DNA from: a virus
Lineage: Duplodnaviria > Caudoviricetes
Direction: 5' to 3' (one strand)
IMG/VR virus record: IMGVR_UViG_3300044513_001233
Location: 1-44,187 of that record
Length of the DNA: 44,187 bases
The notes under the pieces: generated by a model
The model's input: only the letters and a program-made list of their open reading frames with translations
What the model was told of the DNA's origin: nothing
Databases searched by the model: none
Shown: positions 26,308 through 34,373 of the stretch, piece by piece
How positions within the stretch are numbered: position 1 is the first letter of the stretch
How the letters are laid out: every line of letters starts with the position of its first letter
Translations under genes and position numbers: made by a program

Positions 26308-28389
26308 ATGGCACTAGTTGTCCCTAACGCTGGGGATTCCACCGGCTCATCTAGCCGCTATTCGACGCTTGACCAATCCGAGCCTGACTCAGTTGACTTT
26401 GAGGTTCTAGGCAACACGGGACGGTCTGGTGTCTTTTCTGGATGCGCGGTCACCAGCAACAACAGCAATGCCAATGTCACCGTAGAAGCAGGAAAGATTA
26501 TCCTCAACGGAGTTTCCTACTCCGTTGCTGCGTCTATTGTCCCCCTCCCCGCTGGCCCATCATCTTCGGATGACCCAACTTACAGGTTTGACCTAGTTGT
26601 CGCCCGTGTAACCAACGGCACAGTGAATGTTGTAGTAATGGAGGGGTTTGCCGACAACGGAGGGGCGCGGTTCCCCCGCACTAGGAATACCGCTGTAACG
26701 TACTCCTCCGTCACTGACATCGATTTGACTACAGATGTGGTTTTGGCTTCACTGTATAGAAGCCTTTCGTCCCCCGTTGGGTCCTCTGAAATTGTTGATA
26801 AGAGAGTTATTCTTTCTAGTTCTATTTACGATGTAGGATCAGCAGATCCTACAGGGGGTAGCACAGGAAGTCTTTACTTCAAGAATAACCGTGCTCAAGG
26901 TAGCACCGGATCAGGTGTTTTTGTAAAGAACTCTTTAGGAAGTTGGCTTGAGTTAGGGCAAAACATTGGCCCCCAAGTTCCGGTCGGTTCTATTATGGGG
27001 TGGGCTTCTACTTCCGTCATTCCCGACGGGTGGCTTGAATGTAATGGTCAGTCCTTAAACCGGGAAGGGGCGTACGCCGACCTGTTTTCTGCTATCGGGA
27101 CTACGTACGGGTCCAACAGCGGATCTACCTTTAACGTTCCTAATCTGAACACTAAGTTTGTTCGTGGCACTACTTCTACTGGGGATCTCGGTAATGGAGC
27201 AGGGTCGAACACCGCTGTAGTCCCGGTTCCTAGCCACCGCCACAATCACGATCATTCTCACGGAATGATTCACTACCATGATGTCGATCATGGTCACACC
27301 GCATCTTCTGGTAACCAGAGCGCTAACCACAGCCACAGTATGGGGCACACGCACTCTGGTAGCACTGGTGCTCAAAGCGCTAACCATACTCACGGTATGG
27401 GTCACAACCATAACTCTGGCACCAACTCCGCTGGCACCCATACTCACGGGGCATGGTTTGACGAGGTAGGTGCCGCTCCTAACGACACTGGTCACAACTA
27501 CCACGCTGCTCGCCCTCTGGACTTTGCCACAGTGTATTGGAAGCATGAGGGAACTGAAACCGACAATCAAGGTTTGATGAAGTCTCGGTTAACCACCAGC
27601 CAGTTTAACTCAAACTACAGCGGTAATACTGGTGCTCCTAACTACGTTGATGATGGAAACCACAATCACACTGTTACTGTAGGGAACAGTAATGCTAACA
27701 ATACTGGAGGACCTAGTAATAACCACGCTCACGGTTTTACTACCGGAGGAGCCACTAATAACAGCACCGGAGGACCTAACGCTAACCACACTCACGGCGT
27801 CACCGTTGAGGGTACTGGTAACTCTTTGCTAGGTAAACGTCCCCTTGCTAACGCTAGCAACACGTCTGCTAACAAAGACAGCACGGACACTCTTGGCGCT
27901 ACTGCTAGGTTAACTGACTACGAGGGAACAAGTGGAGCCACAGTTGACACTGTTCCTGAGTACGTCTACATGCGCTGGATTATTCGTGCTAAGGGTACCG
28001 TTGCGGCCACCGTTTCTGACGGGAACGACATTTTGTCAGAGGCTCGCGAGGAAGTAGTGACTTTGGAACTGGTTAGCAGCGGTACTAGTCTTCCGTCCAC
28101 CGCCACACAGCAGGGTTACTATCGTCTTCCTTGGGCGGGCACCTTGACGGGTGTCAAAGCCACTTTGGACAGCGGAAGCAACACCACAGAAGATGCTGTT
28201 GTGGACGTAAAGCGAAATGGAACAAGCCTACAAACAGCCACCGTTTCTTCAGGAGACGACTCTTCGGGAGTGCAGTCTCCCAGCACTAGTGTTGCTGATG
28301 ATGATCTTCTCACCATCGAAGTAGGCACGGGTACCGGGGCAGACAGCGGCCCCCTTTCAGTTACTCTGTACTTCACTAGGAATGACTGA
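26308..28389 (+). CDS. Fibre protein with phage tail collar domain and HxH needle
   Basis: PVGSIMGW...PDGWLECNGQSL...YADLFSAIGTTYG...FNVPNL collar motif followed by about a dozen HxH motifs, closing at VPEY..MRWIIR. Confidence 0.85.
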   Translation: MALVVPNAGDSTGSSSRYSTLDQSEPDSVDFEVLGNTGRSGVFSGCAVTSNNSNANVTVEAGKIILNGVSYSVAASIVPLPAGPSSSDDPTYRFDLVVARVTNGTVNVVVMEGFADNGGARFPRTRNTAVTYSSVTDIDLTTDVVLASLYRSLSSPVGSSEIVDKRVILSSSIYDVGSADPTGGSTGSLYFKNNRAQGSTGSGVFVKNSLGSWLELGQNIGPQVPVGSIMGWASTSVIPDGWLECNGQSLNREGAYADLFSAIGTTYGSNSGSTFNVPNLNTKFVRGTTSTGDLGNGAGSNTAVVPVPSHRHNHDHSHGMIHYHDVDHGHTASSGNQSANHSHSMGHTHSGSTGAQSANHTHGMGHNHNSGTNSAGTHTHGAWFDEVGAAPNDTGHNYHAARPLDFATVYWKHEGTETDNQGLMKSRLTTSQFNSNYSGNTGAPNYVDDGNHNHTVTVGNSNANNTGGPSNNHAHGFTTGGATNNSTGGPNANHTHGVTVEGTGNSLLGKRPLANASNTSANKDSTDTLGATARLTDYEGTSGATVDTVPEYVYMRWIIRAKGTVAATVSDGNDILSEAREEVVTLELVSSGTSLPSTATQQGYYRLPWAGTLTGVKATLDSGSNTTEDAVVDVKRNGTSLQTATVSSGDDSSGVQSPSTSVADDDLLTIEVGTGTGADSGPLSVTLYFTRND

Positions 28390-29189
28390 TGGCTACTAAG
28401 GCTGATATTGTAAACACGGCTCGTAATTACTTACGTGATTACAAAAGACCGTTCCGCACGACATTTAATGCTCAAGGTAGAACGTACGATATTGGTAAAC
28501 CTAATATCGATGCAACAACTCTGTGGGTTGCCACCATTGGTCCTACCGCCTCCACCGCAGTTGAGGTTTCCTCAGCAAATTATGATTTGGACGCTCGTAA
28601 CGGCTGGCTCAGGTTAGACACCGCTGTTTCTGTTAACGATACCTTGATGATTGAGGGAAATCATTACGAATGGCTTCTTCCTGATGATCTAGATTTTTAT
28701 GCCGATATGGCGATTAACCTAAACACCCATAACATCAAGGTGCCGCTGGCCTCTGTCGCCCCCGCCGTAGCGGACGTAATTGGTATTCACACTCTGATTC
28801 AGGCTCTGTGGGGACTGCTGTCTGAGTATGCGAGAGACATCGATGTGATCACCTCTGAGTCTGTGCACATTCAGTCTTCTCAGCGTTACCGCATGGTGTC
28901 CAGCCTTTTGGAGTATTGGACCTCTGAGTACAACAAGCGTGCTCAGGCGCTTAACATTGGCCTAGAACGTCTTGAGGTTCTTAACCTCCGCCGAGTTAGC
29001 CGTACTACTAACCGCCTCGTTCCTCTGTACAAGCCTCGCGAGGTAGGGGATTACGGCCCTATCGAACGTATCTTTATCGATATTGATGATGGTCTTATCA
29101 ACCTTGAAGAGGAAGACGACGAACTCCGTGAGCACGTATACCTTCAGGGCGAACCTCCTCCCGGCTATCTATCCACGGGTCACTACTGA
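28389..29189 (+). CDS. Head-to-tail adaptor / neck protein
   Basis: Position before stopper, terminator and sheath genes; LRRVSRTTNRLVPLY.PRE motif. Confidence 0.6.
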   Translation: MATKADIVNTARNYLRDYKRPFRTTFNAQGRTYDIGKPNIDATTLWVATIGPTASTAVEVSSANYDLDARNGWLRLDTAVSVNDTLMIEGNHYEWLLPDDLDFYADMAINLNTHNIKVPLASVAPAVADVIGIHTLIQALWGLLSEYARDIDVITSESVHIQSSQRYRMVSSLLEYWTSEYNKRAQALNIGLERLEVLNLRRVSRTTNRLVPLYKPREVGDYGPIERIFIDIDDGLINLEEEDDELREHVYLQGEPPPGYLSTGHY

Positions 29190-29713
29190 TGGATGTTCGT
29201 CGAGAACTAGGGCTGATAAACAAGCACGTACGAAGGCGTAACCGGGAAGCCGGAGAGCACATTATTTGGTTTGAGTTCAGTCCCCTGCAAGGCGGGTACA
29301 GTACCTATGATGATGTGTACGACGAAGGCGTCCCCGGATCAGGTGGTCGTACCTACAAGAACGGTGTTGTTATACCCACCGTGTACGTCGCTGAATCAGA
29401 GGATGCTTTTAGGGCTATCCCAGATGGTCGTCAACCTGTGCAGAACATCAACGTTACTGCTTTGTTTAGAGACGTAGTTGCAGCAGGCGTAAGTAAACCT
29501 GATGAGTACAACAGTCATTTAAACGACATGTTTTACTATGACAATCGTTACTACAAAGTTAACGAGTACGTTGTACGAGGTCGTCTTAACGAAGAAGTGA
29601 TCGTACTTATTAGCGGCTTTGAAACCTTTATTGATCAGGAAATGCCGTTTGATATCGGTCCTCAAAACCCGCACCTTTCGGACCTTCCTTGGCCTACATC
29701 GCTACCTAGTTAG
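29189..29713 (+). CDS. Head closure (head-to-tail stopper) protein
   Basis: YDDVYDEG, D.FYYDNRYYKV...RG pattern; synteny. Confidence 0.55.
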   Translation: MDVRRELGLINKHVRRRNREAGEHIIWFEFSPLQGGYSTYDDVYDEGVPGSGGRTYKNGVVIPTVYVAESEDAFRAIPDGRQPVQNINVTALFRDVVAAGVSKPDEYNSHLNDMFYYDNRYYKVNEYVVRGRLNEEVIVLISGFETFIDQEMPFDIGPQNPHLSDLPWPTSLPS

Positions 29714-29790
29714 GTGTAACATGTACTTAGCACGTAATGCGCGTTACGTGTGATTATTGCCTTACAACGCCTAGAACCGAGGAGGTCCCC

Positions 29791-30183
29791 ATGAGGGATA
29801 TTACACCTTCATACTCCCATGGTTCTAAGTCGTTCATTAGCGGAAGCCTCAGCGCGGTAAACAGCCTTGACTCTTTTATTGATACGTTTGAGTCTCTAGT
29901 TATTGACTCCATCGCTGAAGCAGTTGAGAAGGCAGAAACCGACCTTAAAAAGGCGGCTACTAAGCACCCCGACTGGCCAGTTGAAGTCACGGATGGTTTG
30001 AAGGTAGTCATAGACAAAGGTCAGATTGTGTACACCTCTGACGAGTCTGCCGCAGCCGCGGTCGCTGATCTAGAGTTTGGAAACCGCCCATCTTCTGTTA
30101 TTAGGACTACGGCGATTAAGCACCTTACTAGTATTTCAAATGATCTTTCCAACAAGATCAGTAAGGCGGTGCCTAGTGCCTAA
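29791..30183 (+). CDS. Neck / tail completion protein (HK97 gp10-like)
   Basis: SD GGAGGT before ATG 29791; DLEFG...PSSVIR motif. Confidence 0.55.
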   Translation: MRDITPSYSHGSKSFISGSLSAVNSLDSFIDTFESLVIDSIAEAVEKAETDLKKAATKHPDWPVEVTDGLKVVIDKGQIVYTSDESAAAAVADLEFGNRPSSVIRTTAIKHLTSISNDLSNKISKAVPSA

Positions 30184-30886
30184 CGCAGGGTTTACCTTGG
30201 CAGAAGATGCTGCTATTAAAAACCGTTTGGCTAATCTTCGGGTTAGTGATGATCGTGACGCTGACCGTAAGGTTCAGGTGTTTTTCCGCTATCCCGATGG
30301 GGAGACAGAGCGTCATTACCCGTTTATCACTATAGAACTTATCGATATCGTGTACGCATCTGACAGGCAGCATTCCGAGGCCGATTACTACTTCACTCGC
30401 GATGCCGCCCTGTCTGCCGCACAGCAGACTAAGGGAACCGGCATTGATTACTTCCCGTCCGAGTACGACGAGGAAGATCTAAGCAATATGGCCGGGGAAG
30501 ACGGCTATATCCGCATGGACCAGTTTGTCCCCGTAGACCTCATTTACCAGATCTCTACTTACTGTCGTAGCCAAAGGCACGATAGAGAGTTGAGCGCGCA
30601 CATGCTCCGGTATGTGTTCCCCTTTAGGCGCGGATATATCCACGTGCCCGAAGATGACACCATGCGCCGTTTATCTGTACTAGACTGGCGCACAGCAGAC
30701 CTCCTAGATCAGGAGGCAGGGTATAAAAAGAGGGTGTTTCGTAAAGTGATGACCGCATCGGTTAACGCAGAAATTCCTCAAAGCAACATCTACGAGGTAC
30801 AAAAAGTTCTTAACGTATCTGGTACTTTGACTGACAGACAACTCGACAGTGACGTTCCTACCAACCCTATTTCGGAGGATTTTTAA
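30176..30886 (+). CDS. Tail terminator protein
   Basis: YPFITIELID, PVDLIYQISTY; immediately precedes the sheath gene; probable GTG start at 30176. Confidence 0.65.
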   Translation: MPNAGFTLAEDAAIKNRLANLRVSDDRDADRKVQVFFRYPDGETERHYPFITIELIDIVYASDRQHSEADYYFTRDAALSAAQQTKGTGIDYFPSEYDEEDLSNMAGEDGYIRMDQFVPVDLIYQISTYCRSQRHDRELSAHMLRYVFPFRRGYIHVPEDDTMRRLSVLDWRTADLLDQEAGYKKRVFRKVMTASVNAEIPQSNIYEVQKVLNVSGTLTDRQLDSDVPTNPISEDF

Positions 30887-30889
30887 GAA

Positions 30890-32764
30890 ATGCCTAATTA
30901 CACAACTCCCGGAGTTTACATTAATGAATCTCGGCTTAACTCGCGGTCTAACAACGTCCCCGCAGGCCCCACTGCGTTTTTCGTTGGCCTTGCCCAGCGT
31001 GGTCCGACAGACGCAACTTACGTAGCCAACTGGGGTGAGTATCGCCGCATCTATGGTGACCTTAGCCCTTCCTATGACCTAGGTTACTCGGTGTACCACT
31101 TCTTCGCTAATGGGGGCCGTGGTTGCTGGATTGCACGAGTTGTGGGTTCCGACACCACCACTGACGAAGCGGAATTGAGTCAGGTTGAGGGCTTTACGAC
31201 CACCGTAGGCGGTACGTCTGGCCCCGCTGCGGGCATTCCTTTCTGGCCTTACGGACAAGCAACAGGCACGGTGACTATGGCTACTTACGCCATTGCCTCC
31301 GATACCGCTACAGTCACCACTTCTGATAACCACAACCTCATTGTTGGCGACGTGGTTACGATTGCCTCAAGCGGTACCGTGGCTCGCATCGATGGTGAGC
31401 GCACTGTTGTTTCCGTGGTGGACGGCACGACCTTCACCTTCGCAGCCGATACGGGTGCTGATGTGGCAGCGGTATCCGATACGGGAACCCTCACCATTGA
31501 CAACACCTCCGAAGCACGATTTAAGCCGCTGTTGAAGGCGCGTGCTTCAAGCGTTGGCACTTGGGGTGACGGCTTGGTTTTCAAGATGGAAACTGGCACA
31601 GTCCCCGCCTCAGCCACTCGTTTTCCTTCTTTCAACGTCATCATTACTCTGGATGGTGTGGAAGTAGAGCGGTGGAACGAACTGGCTGTTGAAGAATCAG
31701 ATAGCCGATATGCAGGTACCATCATCAACACCTACAGCGACTATATCTCTGTTGACACGATTAACCCCGAGTCCGTTTCCCCCACCAACCTGTCTGCGTA
31801 CTACACGTCGACCGTAGCCTTCTCAGGTGGGGACAACGGTTCAGAGGTTACATCGACTGAGTATTCAGCGGCTTTGGATAAGGTTGACGTCGTTCAGGGC
31901 GTTGTGGTTATGAACGCTGTTCCGTTTGTGAACAGCACCGGTGATTCCGTGGGTAACGACACTAGCACCACCGGTGCTTTCCTTAACAAGGCTCAGAGTA
32001 TGGGCACAGCGTTTGTTATCGTCGACCCAGATAAGGGTGTGACCACCATTTCAGGTTTGGAAAGTGTTGCTAACCGGGCCACTGTTGCTTCAAATGGTAA
32101 CTTTGGTGCCCACTACACGCCTTCTCTGCTGATGGTTGACCCAGCAAAGTCCGGCCCCGGAGCAATCAGGGACACGTATCCCGGTGGTGCCATTGCCGGT
32201 CTTTACGTCCGCACTGATGTTGAGAATAATGTCGCTAAGGCACCCGCCGGTTATTCTGCTGACATTCGTGGCGCTTTGGGTCTGTCAGTAAACCTGACAG
32301 ACGTTAACATCGGAAACTTCTACTCAGGGGTGACCACTCCTCAGGTGAACTGCTTTAAGGCAGTTCCGGGTGGCGGTATCGTGGTGTACGGCGCTCGGAC
32401 CCTTACAAAGATTGGCTCGGATCGCTACATCCCAATCCGGCGTACACTCAACCACCTCCGTTACACGCTAGACAACATCACTAAGTTTTCTGTTTTTGAG
32501 CCTAACGATGAGCGTCTTTGGGCACGGATTCGCGGAGCAGTATCCTCCTCTCTAAGTTCGTTCTACAACGAGGGCGGTCTTAAGGGTGCTAACGCTGCTC
32601 AGGCTTTCTATGTAGTTTGCGATAGCACTAACAACACCCCCATCAGCATCGATCAGGGCACGGTCAACATCGAAGTCGGTGTTGCGCTTCAGTACCCTGC
32701 CGAGTTCATCGTTATTAACCTTTCTCAGTGGAGCGGCGGAAGCAACGCCGTTGAGAGCCTCTAA
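30890..32764 (+). CDS. Tail sheath protein
   Basis: YTTPGVYINE, FFANGG, VAKAPAG, VYGARTL, RYIPIRR, FEPND, PAEFIVI. Confidence 0.96.
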   Translation: MPNYTTPGVYINESRLNSRSNNVPAGPTAFFVGLAQRGPTDATYVANWGEYRRIYGDLSPSYDLGYSVYHFFANGGRGCWIARVVGSDTTTDEAELSQVEGFTTTVGGTSGPAAGIPFWPYGQATGTVTMATYAIASDTATVTTSDNHNLIVGDVVTIASSGTVARIDGERTVVSVVDGTTFTFAADTGADVAAVSDTGTLTIDNTSEARFKPLLKARASSVGTWGDGLVFKMETGTVPASATRFPSFNVIITLDGVEVERWNELAVEESDSRYAGTIINTYSDYISVDTINPESVSPTNLSAYYTSTVAFSGGDNGSEVTSTEYSAALDKVDVVQGVVVMNAVPFVNSTGDSVGNDTSTTGAFLNKAQSMGTAFVIVDPDKGVTTISGLESVANRATVASNGNFGAHYTPSLLMVDPAKSGPGAIRDTYPGGAIAGLYVRTDVENNVAKAPAGYSADIRGALGLSVNLTDVNIGNFYSGVTTPQVNCFKAVPGGGIVVYGARTLTKIGSDRYIPIRRTLNHLRYTLDNITKFSVFEPNDERLWARIRGAVSSSLSSFYNEGGLKGANAAQAFYVVCDSTNNTPISIDQGTVNIEVGVALQYPAEFIVINLSQWSGGSNAVESL

Positions 32765-32779
32765 CAAGGAGATATGTAA

Positions 32780-33397
32780 ATGGCACGTTCAGCAACAACT
32801 GATCCACTAAGGAACTTTAAGTTCCGAGTTAAGATTCACCCCACCGGTAGGCTCTCAGAACTCACCGACAACGGCAAAGACTTTGAAGTTGGGTTTTCCG
32901 TTGTTTCTGGTATCTCGGTACAGAACGAGATGATTGCATACCGTGAAGGCGGCATGAACACCCACCCGCACAAGATGATTGGTCAGTCGGACTACGGCCC
33001 CGTCACCTTCACCCGTGGTGTGTTTGGAGAACAAGATGCTATGTACAAGTGGCAGACGTTCTTGCACACGTGGGGACAGGGTGGTTTTGAAGAAGGTTCA
33101 AATAGCGATTCTGAGGGTAACGACTACCGCTGTAACATCTCGGTTTCGATCTATGATCACCCCGTATCGACGGCTCAGTACGACGACGACCCTTCAGACA
33201 ACACGCCTTTAACGGGTCTTACGGCTAAAATGGGCTATCGTTTGTATAACTGTTGGCCCGCATCGTATGCTATGGGAGACCTAAACGCTGGTGACTCTTC
33301 TTTGCTTATCCAGCAGTTGGTAGTTAACCACGAAGGTTTTGAAATCTTGTGGACGCCCGATCTCGCAGAGGGATCAGATGTTGATGTTTTTGGCTGA
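32780..33397 (+). CDS. Tail tube protein (T4 gp19-like)
   Basis: DPLRNFKFRV, GFS.VSG, YREGG, VTFTRG, NCWP, HEG. Confidence 0.93.
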   Translation: MARSATTDPLRNFKFRVKIHPTGRLSELTDNGKDFEVGFSVVSGISVQNEMIAYREGGMNTHPHKMIGQSDYGPVTFTRGVFGEQDAMYKWQTFLHTWGQGGFEEGSNSDSEGNDYRCNISVSIYDHPVSTAQYDDDPSDNTPLTGLTAKMGYRLYNCWPASYAMGDLNAGDSSLLIQQLVVNHEGFEILWTPDLAEGSDVDVFG

Positions 33398-33428
33398 TAA
33401 TCAATAACACTTAAAATAGGAGTACAAA

Positions 33429-34229
33429 TTGAGCGAACAAGACGACGCTGGCGTAATTAACGACGCCATATCAGATCCCGTACCTGCTATGCCCGAACAG
33501 GGTTCGAACGAGGTCACCCTACTCAGGGGTGTGTACGAAAAGTCAGGCGACGTGGGTACGTGGCATGACGTAGCAGAGGTTAGGGAATTAACTGGGGAAG
33601 ATGAAGAGCGGTTAGCACGTCTTTCTAAAAAGAAAGATATTTTGTACTCAGAGTACATGACTGAAATTCTGAAGTTGGCAGTTGTAAAAGTAGGTAATGT
33701 AAAAGTACGAGATAAGCCAGCAGTCATAGACTCTTTAATTTTTGCAGATAGAGACATTCTTTATTTGGGAATTATCAAGGCGACATACGGCAGAGAAAAA
33801 GTTCTTAACTATACTTGCTCTTCGTGCCAAACTGCTAACGATCTGTACATCGATTTAGTAGATGACTTCCCTATCAAAAAGCCCGACTTTGATATTAGAA
33901 AAGGCGTTGAAGTAGAGACCTCCAAAGGGGTACGCACCGTGCGTCTACCCGCAGGAAGCGATGTTTCTACTATCCAAAAGAAGACTGAAACCGACGCGGA
34001 GTTGAACACTCATATGTTGGCTAAGTGCGTCGTGTGGCCGGAAGGCGAGACCCCCGCTGACCCGGTCGCTTGGGCTAGAAGTCTCAATGTAGCAGACAGG
34101 CGTAAACTTATAAATGCCGTACTTGACGTTGAAGTAGGGCCTAAACTGGGGGAGGTGGATACTCAATGTGCGGCCTGTGGTGAGCAAACTCCATTGGCGC
34201 TCGATTGGGTCTCACTTTTACTTAGTTAA
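33429..34229 (+). CDS. Tail assembly chaperone / baseplate hub assembly protein
   Basis: VRELTGEDEE, L..ADR..L, two CxxC pairs; lies between tube and tape measure genes; TTG start with SD AGGAG. Confidence 0.75.
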   Translation: MSEQDDAGVINDAISDPVPAMPEQGSNEVTLLRGVYEKSGDVGTWHDVAEVRELTGEDEERLARLSKKKDILYSEYMTEILKLAVVKVGNVKVRDKPAVIDSLIFADRDILYLGIIKATYGREKVLNYTCSSCQTANDLYIDLVDDFPIKKPDFDIRKGVEVETSKGVRTVRLPAGSDVSTIQKKTETDAELNTHMLAKCVVWPEGETPADPVAWARSLNVADRRKLINAVLDVEVGPKLGEVDTQCAACGEQTPLALDWVSLLLS

Positions 34230-34362
34230 TATAAGTAACTTATACTGGGAGTACGAAGCCATAGCCTACGTCTATAAAGGGTTCGATTTTAACAGCATAC
34301 AGAACTTATCGGTTCGCCAACGCTTATTCTGGTATAAGATGGCCAAATGGCGTAAGAACTAG
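34201..34362 (+). CDS. Probable frameshift-accessed C-terminal extension of the tail chaperone
   Basis: Open +1 frame LYWEYEAIAYVYKGF...IQNLSVRQRLFW with no convincing start or SD; fills the gap before the tape measure gene; start coordinate approximate. Confidence 0.55.
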   Translation, partial: SIGSHFYLVNISNLYWEYEAIAYVYKGFDFNSIQNLSVRQRLFWYKMAKWRKN

Positions 34363-34373
34363 CGGAGACGTTT

